Positions 1 through 9,857 of a DNA stretch of 64,000 nucleotides are shown here, one piece after another; position 1 is the first letter of the stretch; each line of letters starts with the position of its first letter. Made by a program: the position numbers and the translations under genes. The stretch lies in sequence record SRR20825006_727. One strand, given 5' to 3'. Under the pieces are notes generated by a model. It saw only the letters and a program-made list of their open reading frames with translations, did no database searches and was not told where the DNA came from.

Positions 1-121
1 TGTCTTCGCAATTGGTTTCTCCCGTGGGAGGACAATCTAAACAAGAGCTTTTTTCCTTTTTGCATGAAAAAGCAAACAGGAGCGCGAACATTAATCCGCT
101 ATAAAGTAAATAACGTTTCAT
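1..121 (-). CDS. Lipoprotein, N-terminal part only (runs off the left edge)
   Basis: Manual translation from ATG at 121: MKRYLLYSGLMFALLFAFSCKKEKSSCLDCPPTGETNCED; signal peptide with lipobox-like FS-C followed by KKE. Not in the ORF track. Confidence 0.75.
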   Translation of the reverse strand, partial: MKRYLLYSGLMFALLFAFSCKKEKSSCLDCPPTGETNCED

Positions 122-653
122 GTCTTAGCCTTTGTTTAAATAAAAAATACTACTCGTTTTGGGAGAATGGGAGTTTTTATTTACACTAGCGATAAACGGG
201 AGGAACCAACTTTTTTCCAATGAAAATCGTGTCTTATTTAAAAGCACAGAAAATGGGCAATATGGAATCATTAGTGGTTTGATATTGGGAAGATATGAAA
301 AAATTACCATACGGGTTAAATTTAAATTGTTTTCATCAACGTGTGAATTAATTGATTTCCAGACATGTCGACTGTTTAATATTTTTTCTTGCGTATTACG
401 GACATATTGAATTGAGGGTTTTTAATTCTCATCAAAGACTTAGAATAGTTAGCGTTTTTCAAAAGGTTAATTTGTGCAATATACAATAAATATCATAAAT
501 GCGTATTTTTTGTAACTTATAACTCTTACTTTGATTACACATTTCGCTGTCAGCCCAGTTATTTATGCTCATAAAGTGAATTACTCTCATTGGATTTCAA
601 TTCATTTCCCGGCACAAAGGCTTTCAAAAAAAGCGTTTCCTTCACTTTTAATT

Positions 654-661
654 TATCTTTG
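654..661 (+). promoter_or_regulatory. Bacteroidota sigma-A -7 element (TATCTTTG)
   Basis: Exact TAnnTTTG match about 50 nt upstream of ATG 713. Confidence 0.6.
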
Positions 662-712
662 TAAGGAAACCTAACTGAAATTGATCTAACCCTCAAAAAA
701 AAATCAACACAC

Positions 713-1282
713 ATGACTTGGGAGACATACACTCAACTTTTCGAACAAATTCTTGACGGTTCACACCGCGATTCGCCTTATGACAACGAAAGTTATCTTA
801 CATACACAAAACTTAATTTTTCGCGTCAGAAGAGATGGTTAAAACAGGCAGAATTGAGCGAAGAACTCGTAAATCAAATCAAGAAGATACAATCGAAGCA
901 ACAGTGGATTCTAATCACAGAACCTTGGTGTGGCGATGCTTCTCACTCAAATCCCTTTGTTTATCTTCTTTCCGAGTTTTCGGATAAGATTGATTTCTCG
1001 ATTAACTTGCGCGATGCAGGAAGCGGGATGATAAACGATTACTTAACGAATGGCGGAATGTCGATTCCGATTTTGGTTGTAAGAGACGAAAATGGAACGG
1101 ATTTATTCAGTTGGGGACCTAGACCAGCGGATTGTCAAACGCTCTTTTTAGCGAACAAGAATGACGATTCTAAAACAGAGGAAGAAAAGAAAATTGAACT
1201 TCAAGCGTGGTACAACGAGAATAAGGGGAAAGACTTGCAAGCTGAATTGCTTTCTTTATTGAAGTCGGTGAGTAATTCATAA
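713..1282 (+). CDS. Thioredoxin-family protein (WCGD type)
   Basis: ITEPWCGDA motif, TNGGMSIP cis-Pro loop, WGPRP motif. Confidence 0.85.
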   Translation: MTWETYTQLFEQILDGSHRDSPYDNESYLTYTKLNFSRQKRWLKQAELSEELVNQIKKIQSKQQWILITEPWCGDASHSNPFVYLLSEFSDKIDFSINLRDAGSGMINDYLTNGGMSIPILVVRDENGTDLFSWGPRPADCQTLFLANKNDDSKTEEEKKIELQAWYNENKGKDLQAELLSLLKSVSNS

Positions 1283-1293
1283 GGAAGAAAAAG

Positions 1294-1585
1294 CTTATCC
1301 GCTGGAGGAAGAAAAAGCACTGCTTTTGAAGAGGGGTGACAACATCGTTTCTGAAGGGACGGAGAATAAAAACACTCTAAATCATCAATATGCTCACCCC
1401 TCTTTTATTCTCCCCTCAAGGGGAGCGAAATGCTTCGGGAAGCAAATAATCGTGAAGTCAAGACTTATCCCTTTGAGGAAGAAAAAGTACTGCTTTTGAA
1501 GAGGGGTAATAATAATATAAGCTGAATTTCTTAGAGTCACCTCTCTCAATCTCCTTTACTTCGACGGGCTCAGCTTACGGAGAGA
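1294..1585. repeat. Cluster of REP-like direct and inverted repeats between convergent genes
   Basis: 44-bp imperfect direct repeat at 1294-1337 and 1464-1507; AAGAGGGGTGA (1329-1339) inverted at 1394-1404; hairpin CTCCCCTCAAGGGGAG; CTTCGACGGGCTCAG at 1559-1573. Confidence 0.7.
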
Positions 1586-1597
1586 AACCAGGACTAA

Positions 1598-2302
1598 CTA
1601 GATTTTCCTTCCGTGATATTCTAACGTCAACGTTCTATATTCCTCAGTGTAGCTTCCGTCTGAATTTCTAACGGTAAAATAGCGCGTTGTTGAAACAATA
1701 TCTTCCCTGGAAAAATGAAGAATGATTCTATTTGGGGGGACTTCGGTCTTCCCATGGATAACAATCGATTCTTTTAGAAACAGATTACTTTGCTCCGCTG
1801 AGTCTAACCATATCTTGCGGTCGGAAAATGGCACGATGACCCAAACTGCACCTTCTTCCGCCAATAAACTATTTGATTTATCAAAAAAATCGTCTATCGG
1901 AAGGGCTGAAACATGACGTGATTGTGCTTTTCGTTCATCCGTGTTTTCCAGTGTTGAACTATAATACGGAGGATTACTCACAATCAAATCAAACCTAGTT
2001 TCCGTTTTAAACGATAAGAAATCTCCTTGAGTTACCGCTAAACGATCTTTCCAAGAAGAAAGTGTGAAATTTTGTGCGCACTCTTTAACTGCGGGTTCAT
2101 CGATTTCAATTGCCGTGATATGTAATTCAGGATTCCGTTGAGCAATCATTAATGCAATTACTCCAGTTCCAGCGCCAACATCGAGCGCGTTGCTTTTATC
2201 GACTGCTTTTATGAACGCGCCGAGTAACATGGCATCTGTTCCTACCTTCATGGAAGATTGAGACTGATGAACGCTGAAATACTTAAATTGAAAAACGGAC
2301 AT
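1598..2302 (-). CDS. trmN6: tRNA1(Val) (adenine37-N6)-methyltransferase
   Basis: FQFKYF..Q...MKVGTDAMLLG N-terminus, LDVGAGTG SAM-binding motif, SNPPY motif; downstream of rimM. Confidence 0.85.
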   Translation of the reverse strand: MSVFQFKYFSVHQSQSSMKVGTDAMLLGAFIKAVDKSNALDVGAGTGVIALMIAQRNPELHITAIEIDEPAVKECAQNFTLSSWKDRLAVTQGDFLSFKTETRFDLIVSNPPYYSSTLENTDERKAQSRHVSALPIDDFFDKSNSLLAEEGAVWVIVPFSDRKIWLDSAEQSNLFLKESIVIHGKTEVPPNRIILHFSREDIVSTTRYFTVRNSDGSYTEEYRTLTLEYHGRKI

Positions 2303-2829
2303 TATCCGAGGTAAAGTTCTACCAAACCGGCAGGCGCTTTTATGTGAAGTTCTTTCTTTTTTCGATCTACTTTTTGAATCACTCCTTCGATAAGGGGAAC
2401 GAGTACTTCTTTTTCGTCCTTAAAGATTTGCAACAGCGGATTCACCTTGAGGTCAATTACTTGTTCAAGAATTCCGATATCTCCGTGTTCAGTATCAAAC
2501 ACTCTAAATCCAGCCACTTCATGATCGTAGAAATGAATCCCATCTAATTCAGGGAGAATTTGCGCAGGCAAGTAGATGCTTTTTCTCATCAACTTTCTGG
2601 CAGTATTTTCGTCATCCACTCCTTCCAAACGTGCAGCTGCAAAGCCTTTGTTTTTGAGTTTAAAGGAGGTAATGAAGAATGGGGTTAAGTGGTCATTTAA
2701 ATCAATGAAAATTGCGTCTAGACTGCTGTAATCCTCTGGATTAGTAACGTCTAAAAACAGCGAAACTTCACCTTTAAATCCGTGAAGTTTCGCTACATAT
2801 CCTAAATGAAAGCAATCTGCTTTATTCAT
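2302..2829 (-). CDS. rimM: Ribosome maturation factor RimM
   Basis: LGYVAKLHGFKGEV and C-terminal PRC barrel; follows rpsP. Start moved to MNKAD at 2829 to avoid overlap with rpsP. Confidence 0.95.
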   Translation of the reverse strand: MNKADCFHLGYVAKLHGFKGEVSLFLDVTNPEDYSSLDAIFIDLNDHLTPFFITSFKLKNKGFAAARLEGVDDENTARKLMRKSIYLPAQILPELDGIHFYDHEVAGFRVFDTEHGDIGILEQVIDLKVNPLLQIFKDEKEVLVPLIEGVIQKVDRKKKELHIKAPAGLVELYLG

Positions 2830-2839
2830 TAATGATTTT

Positions 2840-3496
2840 TTATTCTCCTTTTGTTTCTTCAGAAGTTTCTTCTGCTGCTGGAGCTTCTGCTTCAACTGCT
2901 GGAGTTTCCTCTGCTGCTGGTGCTTCTACTTCCGCTACTGGAGCTTCTTCAGTTGTTTCAGCTACTGGAGCTGCAACTTCTTCCGCTGGTGCTTCTTCAG
3001 CAACTGGTGCTTCAACCACCTCTTCTTCAACTACTTCTGGAGTGTTTTTTGCTTCGATTTCTTTCGCTCGAGCTTTGTTCACATCTTCTTCTGCTTTTTT
3101 ACGATCCGCTTTATCTTTATCCGCAGATTTAGATAATCCGTCACGCTTAGCATCAATTTTCTGCTCTTTTTCCTCCAACCATTTTGCGAACTTCTCTTCA
3201 ACTTGCGCTTCGTTCAAAGCACCTTTTGCGATTCCGTTCAACAAGTGATTTTTGTACAAAATACCTTTGTAAGACAAAAGTGCTCTTGCAGTATCTGTCA
3301 TTTCAGCACCCACTTGAACCCATTTCAACGTTGAATCAAAATCGATTTCAATTGTTGCTGGATTTGTGTTTGGATTGTACGTTCCTAATTTCTCGATGAA
3401 CTTACCATCTCTCTTTGATCTGCTGTCTGCAGCTACGATGTGGAAGAAAGCTTTTCCTTTCTTACCGTGTCTTTGCAATCTAATTTTAGTTGCCAT
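2840..3496 (-). CDS. rpsP: 30S ribosomal protein S16 with long acidic C-terminal extension
   Basis: MATKIRLQRHGKKGKAFFHIVAADSRSKRDGKFIEKLGTYNP. Confidence 0.98.
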   Translation of the reverse strand: MATKIRLQRHGKKGKAFFHIVAADSRSKRDGKFIEKLGTYNPNTNPATIEIDFDSTLKWVQVGAEMTDTARALLSYKGILYKNHLLNGIAKGALNEAQVEEKFAKWLEEKEQKIDAKRDGLSKSADKDKADRKKAEEDVNKARAKEIEAKNTPEVVEEEVVEAPVAEEAPAEEVAAPVAETTEEAPVAEVEAPAAEETPAVEAEAPAAEETSEETKGE

Positions 3497-3548
3497 ATTG
3501 TTTTATTATTTGGGGTACGAAACCCCGATTCATAAATTATTTGAGGCG

Positions 3549-3556
3549 CAAAGATA
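3549..3556 (-). promoter_or_regulatory. -7 element (TATCTTTG) for rpsP-rimM-trmN6
   Basis: CAAAGATA on + strand, about 52 nt upstream of the rpsP start. Confidence 0.65.
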
Positions 3557-3652
3557 CTACTAAAATAAATATAAACGATGGCTTTCAGCAATTTAATGTC
3601 TCTCTAATGAAGTTCAATTCTGTTAATGCAAGAAGTTTATTAATTTCAACTT

Positions 3653-4666
3653 ATGCAAAAAGACTATCAAGCGGCCATTTTTGAAATGGTAAAACAAAAA
3701 ATCAATGGTCAAGATTCTCTTGGAAATGCACTCGGTGAAGTTCTTTCGATTAGTCCAGATGCTGTTTATCGCAGATACAGGGGTGAAACTCAGCTAACGA
3801 TTTATGAGCTTGAGAAAATTGCGCGACACTATTCTATTTCGTTGGACACGCTGTTCGGAGTGAGAGAAAACCAAGTTGTTTTTGACTTTTCTCCTCTTTC
3901 GGAGTATGATTTCTCCATGGATGGATATTTAAATCGCATCCTCTCTGGATTGAAATCTATTCGTGCAGGAAAAAATCCAACGTTAATTGCAACGATCAAT
4001 AATACTCCGTTGCTTCAAATTCTGAACTTCCCACATCTGGTTCGTTTCAAATTGTTCTTCTGGGCAAAAACGCATTTGCAGATGGAGGAATACGCACACG
4101 TAAAATTTAAACGTGAGAAGGCTACTGAGAAGACCTTTTTATTGGGCAGAGAAGTTTTGCAAAATTACAACGCCATTCCTTCGAGGGAACTCATCGATCC
4201 TGATTTTTTACGCGGTTTTGTTCGCGAGATTCAATATTACTTTAATGCTCACCACTTTGAAGATCGAACTTATGCGATTTATTTGATCGATCACCTTTTG
4301 GAGTTTGTTGTTCACTTTAAAAAGCAGTGTGAAATTGGTAAAAAGTTCATTTATGGCACACAACCGCCTGCTGACGGGAACGATTTTGAGGTGTATCACA
4401 ACGAAGTATTGAACGGAATTTCCTCCACATTCTACAGAAACTCTGAATCAAACGGCTTGTATTTGGTGCATAATATTATGAATCCGCTTCATACTGCCAA
4501 TGAGGAATATGTACTCGAAAGTGAAAAAGTGCTTGATAAAGAACTTGCGAATGCCAGCATAATAAGTGTGGTAAACGAACGAGAGCGAAACAACTTTTTC
4601 CATCAAATAGAAACGATGATTCTTCGAGCAAGGAAACAAATGGAACTGGAATTGGAAGAGGCATAA
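3653..4666 (+). CDS. N-terminal HTH (BetR/XRE-like) putative transcriptional regulator
   Basis: LGEVLSISPDAVYRRYRGETQLTIYELEKIARHYSISLD helix-turn-helix; uncharacterised C-terminal domain. Confidence 0.7.
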   Translation: MQKDYQAAIFEMVKQKINGQDSLGNALGEVLSISPDAVYRRYRGETQLTIYELEKIARHYSISLDTLFGVRENQVVFDFSPLSEYDFSMDGYLNRILSGLKSIRAGKNPTLIATINNTPLLQILNFPHLVRFKLFFWAKTHLQMEEYAHVKFKREKATEKTFLLGREVLQNYNAIPSRELIDPDFLRGFVREIQYYFNAHHFEDRTYAIYLIDHLLEFVVHFKKQCEIGKKFIYGTQPPADGNDFEVYHNEVLNGISSTFYRNSESNGLYLVHNIMNPLHTANEEYVLESEKVLDKELANASIISVVNERERNNFFHQIETMILRARKQMELELEEA

Positions 4667-4692
4667 AAAAAGGGAAACTTAACGTCTCCCTT
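4667..4692 (-). terminator. Probable intrinsic terminator between convergent genes
   Basis: A-tract then AGGGAAAC-ttaac-GTCTCCCT imperfect hairpin (U-tract on the - strand). Confidence 0.5.
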
Positions 4693-4717
4693 CGATAATC
4701 GTTTATTAACTCGCTTC

Positions 4718-5545
4718 TTAAAAATTAAACTTAACGCCTATATTAAGGAAAGCACCGTTAAAGTTTGTTGTTGTTGCCAACTCTTGTCTCGCTTTATTGA
4801 AGTCAACATTTGATGCATCTGAGTTGTAATTCAAGTTATTCGAAGAACTATTCAATTCATCAACAAACTCAATTTCTTTTCCGTAAGTTGGAGTTGTTCC
4901 AAGTTGATCTTCTCCAGCAACCGTGTATTTAGTTAATGAACGCGTCGCCGATTTAATTCTCAAATATGCTCCTGACATTTCACCAAAAATGGAAAGCTTC
5001 TCACTTAACATATATTTTACTCCAAATGCTCCGTGATAACCAAGTGAAAAAGCTCCTTTTGACTCCAAATCTTGCTCAACTTGTGGTCCTGCAGTATTAT
5101 CTCTAACTTCCGTAGTTGTTGATCCAGAAACTGGAAAGATAAATCCAGCACGTGTGTAAACTGCTAAATCTCCTCCCGATGAAATAACAAACGAGGGAAT
5201 AATTCTGACCTGATTTGATTTGCTAATTATTGTTGCAACCCCTGAAGGAGTGCTTACATCCATTGTGGTTAACTTGGATCCTATAAAGTAATTCAATCCT
5301 AAATCTGCACCAAAATGCTCACTAAACATATAGCCTACGTTCAAACTTGAATTCGAACCTGCTCCTAGCGAACCATAAATATTAGTTTCCGTTAGATTTC
5401 CATTTGCATCATATACCTGCTTCGTTCCAACCGCATCTGCCGGAGCTGAAAAACCATATCCCGTTGCCAGTCCAACATACAATCCTTGTGCACTCAACAT
5501 TCCTCCTGAGAGCAACAATGCTCCTAATAAAATTCCTTTTTTCAT
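4718..5545 (-). CDS. Outer-membrane beta-barrel protein
   Basis: Signal peptide, alternating beta-strand pattern, terminal GVKFNF (BAM signal). Confidence 0.8.
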   Translation of the reverse strand: MKKGILLGALLLSGGMLSAQGLYVGLATGYGFSAPADAVGTKQVYDANGNLTETNIYGSLGAGSNSSLNVGYMFSEHFGADLGLNYFIGSKLTTMDVSTPSGVATIISKSNQVRIIPSFVISSGGDLAVYTRAGFIFPVSGSTTTEVRDNTAGPQVEQDLESKGAFSLGYHGAFGVKYMLSEKLSIFGEMSGAYLRIKSATRSLTKYTVAGEDQLGTTPTYGKEIEFVDELNSSSNNLNYNSDASNVDFNKARQELATTTNFNGAFLNIGVKFNF

Positions 5546-5811
5546 CGTGTAGTAATAATTTGTTTGTAACTAGTTAATCCTTTCAAGTTCTTTAACTTAT
5601 TCTTAAAACTAGCATTATTTTCATTATTCATTCCCTTTAACCCAAAATATTATGCGTTCCTAGCTATTTTTATCGCTCAGAGTTGATCTGGCAGACATTA
5701 AATCGTGTGAATTCAAGCTTTGACCTACTTTTTTCTCCTTCGAAAGAATAGGTATGTAATTATCCTTTTGAAGAAAACCATTCATTTCCTTAATTTCGTC
5801 AAAAACTCATT

Positions 5812-8148
5812 ATGAAATTCCTTCTTTCGCTCACTTTTGTTTTCTGTTCTCTGACACTGGTCTTTTCACAAGTTCCGAATAGCTCACCTTTAAAATTGAA
5901 TGAGATAATGAAGGGAGATGAATTTATTGGGCAACAACCTTTTAATGCTGTTTGGACCTTCGATAATAGCATTTTATTCAATTGGAATCCAACGAATGCG
6001 CCTGATGCTTCTACGTATATGTGTTCTCCAGTGAGTAAAAAACCAATATTACTCGCCATTGATCATCAAAATTATGCAGATGCGACACTTGGAAGCGATC
6101 TTGTTGAGTACTTCCTTCAAGACGGAAATTTATACGTGTATAATCGCAAAACAAAAAGTGCGTCATGTCTTATTCAAACTTCATCCTATTTGTACAACTT
6201 GCAACAGTTTAAAAAATCGGAGAGCGTTTTTGTTGAACAGGACGGAAAATTAATGTCTTATCAACCTGCGCTTGGACAGTGGAAGGAAATTATTCGATTC
6301 TCGAAAGGCAAAAAAGCAACGAGCGATGAAAAAATCACTCATTGGGAAAAAGAAGAATTAGAATTATTCAACTACCTCCGAGAAGAAAAAGCAGAAAAAG
6401 AGTGGAGAAAAGAACATCAAGCCAAGAAAAAAAATCCAACTATAAACTACGATTGTGATGGAATTAGTAATGTTCAAATAGATGGAAGTGCACGTTTCGT
6501 TACCTTTCGCGAAGATTACTATCCAAATGACCAAAATACACATGTCGAACATCACATCTCGGCAGATGCACACACTTATGCGAAAAATGCGCGTTCAAAA
6601 GTTTCAGATAATGACCCGACGCATAAACTAGGGATTTACGATCTAACATCGGATTCTCTTTACTATGTAGATTTTTCAACGCTTCCTGGAATTCGCGCAA
6701 CGCCAAATTACCGGGTTGAATTCTACAACGATGATGCAACATTAGCCGAAGATCGAAAATTGATCATGCATGAGATTATTTATTCGGAAGATGGAACGCA
6801 AAACGCACTCGATGTTAGAAGTTACGATAACAAAGATCGATGGATTGTTTCGGTTGATTTATCTAGTGGAAAACTCAGCGTTATCGATCATCAACATGAC
6901 GATGCTTGGATTGGAGGCCCTGGAATTAGCGGCTGGAATATGGTTCCTGGAACACTCGGCTTTGTGGACAACAATGTGATCTACTTTCAATCAGAAGAAA
7001 CAGGTTTTAGTCACCTTTACACTTACAATCGTTCTACCAAAACGAAAACTGCACTCACAGAAGGAAAATGGGAAGTTCATGGTGTTCAGCTTTCAGCGAA
7101 AAAGGATAAATTCTACATAACGGCAAACAAACTTCACCCAGGAAACCGCGAGTTTTATCACCTCATCATTGCTTCAAAAAAGTTAATTCCGATTTTAACT
7201 ACGAATGGTAATCATGAAGTTGTTGTTTCACCAGATGAAAAAATGCTCGCCGTTCGTTTCTCGACAATCACACAACCGTGGGAATTATACTTCGCCTCAA
7301 ATATTTCAGGAGCAAAACTTACCCAAATAACACATTCGACAACTAGCGAATTTGATAATTATACGTGGAATGAGCCTTCGGTTGTTTCTTTTCAGTCGAA
7401 TGAGCAAACTCCTGTTTACGCTCGCTTGTATGAGCCAACAACTTCTTCCAAAAACGGAGCGGCAGTTATCTTTGTGCACGGCGCTGGATATCTTCAAAAC
7501 GCTCATAATTACTGGAGTTCTTATCACCGTGAGTATATGTTTCACAATCTTCTACGAGATAACGGCTACACTGTTTTAGACATCGATTATCGCGCAAGTG
7601 AAGGTTACGGTCGAGATCATAGAACGGCTATTTATCGACACATGGGAGGCGCCGATTTGCAAGATCAACTCACAGGAAGACAGCTTTTGATCGATTCTTT
7701 AGGAATAGATCCGAATAGAATTGGAATGTACGGAGGTTCTTACGGCGGATTTATCACTTTAATGGCATTGCTAACCGAACCAGGGAAATTCCAATGTGGT
7801 GCGGCATTGCGTTCAGTGACGGATTGGTTTCACTACAATCATGAGTACACGAGTAACATCCTCAATTATCCAAGTTTGGATCCTGATGCTTACAAAAAAA
7901 GCTCACCAATTTACTACGCAGATAATCTAGAAGACAAACTGTTAATGCTTCACGGAATGGTGGACGACAATGTTCAATTTCAGGACGTTGTTCGACTTTC
8001 TCAGCGTTTTATAGAACTTGGAAAAGACGATTGGGAATTATCCGTGTTTCCTGTAGAAGCGCACAGTTTTGTGAAATCGTATTCATGGACGGATGAATAC
8101 CGCAGGATTTACGAATTATTTTACGAAGAACTTATTTTGAATCGCTAG
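5812..8148 (+). CDS. S9 family peptidase (DPP IV / prolyl oligopeptidase-like)
   Basis: Signal peptide, propeller region, GGSYGG nucleophile, HGMVDDNV, EAHSF. Confidence 0.92.
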   Translation: MKFLLSLTFVFCSLTLVFSQVPNSSPLKLNEIMKGDEFIGQQPFNAVWTFDNSILFNWNPTNAPDASTYMCSPVSKKPILLAIDHQNYADATLGSDLVEYFLQDGNLYVYNRKTKSASCLIQTSSYLYNLQQFKKSESVFVEQDGKLMSYQPALGQWKEIIRFSKGKKATSDEKITHWEKEELELFNYLREEKAEKEWRKEHQAKKKNPTINYDCDGISNVQIDGSARFVTFREDYYPNDQNTHVEHHISADAHTYAKNARSKVSDNDPTHKLGIYDLTSDSLYYVDFSTLPGIRATPNYRVEFYNDDATLAEDRKLIMHEIIYSEDGTQNALDVRSYDNKDRWIVSVDLSSGKLSVIDHQHDDAWIGGPGISGWNMVPGTLGFVDNNVIYFQSEETGFSHLYTYNRSTKTKTALTEGKWEVHGVQLSAKKDKFYITANKLHPGNREFYHLIIASKKLIPILTTNGNHEVVVSPDEKMLAVRFSTITQPWELYFASNISGAKLTQITHSTTSEFDNYTWNEPSVVSFQSNEQTPVYARLYEPTTSSKNGAAVIFVHGAGYLQNAHNYWSSYHREYMFHNLLRDNGYTVLDIDYRASEGYGRDHRTAIYRHMGGADLQDQLTGRQLLIDSLGIDPNRIGMYGGSYGGFITLMALLTEPGKFQCGAALRSVTDWFHYNHEYTSNILNYPSLDPDAYKKSSPIYYADNLEDKLLMLHGMVDDNVQFQDVVRLSQRFIELGKDDWELSVFPVEAHSFVKSYSWTDEYRRIYELFYEELILNR

Positions 8149-8153
8149 ATATT

Positions 8154-8591
8154 ATGGAAATTAGAGAACTCTCCACTAAAGAGGAAATGCTTAAGAGCTA
8201 TTCTATCCTCACTCAAGTTTATCCAAATTTAACCTTGGAAGAATACGATCGTGAACTTGATGCTATGATTCCACATAATTACGGTCAAATTGCGGTTTAC
8301 GAAAATGAAGTATGCATCGGATTGAGCGGATTTTGGATCGGAACAAAACTGTGGTGCGGTAAATACCTCGAAGCGGATAATGTTGTTGTCGATCCAGCGT
8401 TTCGAAGCAAGGGCGTAGGAAAAATACTTTTTGATCTTTTGGAAGAAAAGGCGAAAGAAGAAAATTGCGGATTGTTAGGACTTGATTCTTATACAACAAA
8501 CTTCAAAGCGCACAAGTTTTTCTACAATCAAGGATACGAACCTCGCGGTTTTCATTTCATCAATGTTCTGAACAAAAAGGCCATTCGTTAA
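8154..8591 (+). CDS. GNAT family N-acetyltransferase
   Basis: VVDPAFRSKGVG acetyl-CoA motif; AHKFFYNQGY. Confidence 0.9.
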   Translation: MEIRELSTKEEMLKSYSILTQVYPNLTLEEYDRELDAMIPHNYGQIAVYENEVCIGLSGFWIGTKLWCGKYLEADNVVVDPAFRSKGVGKILFDLLEEKAKEENCGLLGLDSYTTNFKAHKFFYNQGYEPRGFHFINVLNKKAIR

Positions 8592-8778
8592 TTGTGCCTC
8601 ATCACGGATCACACATCCCAGACTTCTGTTTTTCATTTCATCAATTACTGAACAAAAAGGTGATTCGTTAATTGTGTAACTCATCACGGATTACAAATCC
8701 GCGTTCGCTTGTTTCGATACATCAAATATCGTTTTCGGGTTTCAAGAGCGACAGTAGTCGCGGATTTGTAATCCGTGA
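8549..8778. repeat. 80-bp tandem duplication plus REP-like 20-bp perfect inverted repeat
   Basis: 8549-8618 is repeated at about 8630-8700; TCACGGATTACAAATCCGCG (8684-8703) is exactly inverted at 8759-8778. Confidence 0.85.
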
Positions 8779-9696
8779 CTACTTTAGTCCGCCAATAGCA
8801 GTTACAAATGCATCGATTACTTTCGCCATTCTGACAAAATCGATTGTATCAACGGTATCGGTATCCTGATGGTAATTTTTGTTTCTATAAAAAGCGGTAT
8901 CGGTTATCATCAGTGCGTCGTAACCAGCATCCCAATAATTTCTGTGATCCGAAAAGTCAATTCCCGTCAATGATCTTGGTCCAGTAAAAAGCTTTGTCTT
9001 CACTTTATCTGAATGCTTATATTTTCGGCAAAATGACCGTGTAAATGAACCTTTGTTTAGTCGTCGAACGAGTGTGATATAATTTCCTTTTTTGCCGTAA
9101 AACAGTTTTAGAAAACCAAGCGGGTAAGATTGAGAATCTTTTTCATCCGAAAAATAACCGATCATTTCCAAAGAAACCATTCCCTTAACTTCTAATTCAC
9201 GGTCCTTAAGCGATTGAGCATGCACCGCGCTTCCCATGTATTTTGATCCGAAAAATGGCGGCTCTTCCAACGTGTAAGCCACAAATTCCAAGCAATAATC
9301 GCCTGAATAATTTTTGAGCTGCTGAATCGCTTGAATCAGTCCAACCACTCCAGTTCCGTTATCATCCGCACCTTGCTGTTGATCACACACATCATAATGC
9401 GCTCCGATCACAATCCGTGGCTTCATCGTGTCCCCCACCAGCCCAATCACATTCCAATACGTCTTGTACTCGATCTCAAAAGATTGGCGACGCACATTTT
9501 TGCACACCAGTTTAAATTCACTTTCGATATATCTTCCGACGGCGTTCAGCGTTGCAGTATCTGTCCAGGTTCTAAATCCTGGTCGATTCACTATGGTCTC
9601 AAGCTGTCTTTTAATCTCTGTGGGATTGGTTTGCGCCTTCAAAGAGACACAGGATAAAAAACAAAAGATGAATAGAAAAATGCGTGACATATACAT
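8779..9696 (-). CDS. M28 family metallopeptidase
   Basis: IGAHYD, GADDNGTG, LEEPP, SLEMIG, SDH, YHQDTD. Confidence 0.9.
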   Translation of the reverse strand: MYMSRIFLFIFCFLSCVSLKAQTNPTEIKRQLETIVNRPGFRTWTDTATLNAVGRYIESEFKLVCKNVRRQSFEIEYKTYWNVIGLVGDTMKPRIVIGAHYDVCDQQQGADDNGTGVVGLIQAIQQLKNYSGDYCLEFVAYTLEEPPFFGSKYMGSAVHAQSLKDRELEVKGMVSLEMIGYFSDEKDSQSYPLGFLKLFYGKKGNYITLVRRLNKGSFTRSFCRKYKHSDKVKTKLFTGPRSLTGIDFSDHRNYWDAGYDALMITDTAFYRNKNYHQDTDTVDTIDFVRMAKVIDAFVTAIGGLK

Positions 9697-9857
9697 TGAA
9701 TAAAGCTAAAAGTAATTCCCTTCGAACAGTGAAAGAAGAGCTTAAAAATAGTTGTTTTACACAAACCGATTCTAAAATAGTGAACAGAAAGAACTTTTTC
9801 GATACTCGAACAAAGGTTTCCTATTGAAAAGTCGTCTATTTTAAAAAGTCTTATTCT

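Noticed and set aside
125-410. ORFs 125-310 (-) and 159-410 (+)
   Set aside because: Short, mutually overlapping, motif-less ORFs in an AT-rich divergent promoter region
2832-3563. Plus-strand low-complexity ORFs opposite rpsP
   Set aside because: Antisense shadows of the repetitive S16 tail
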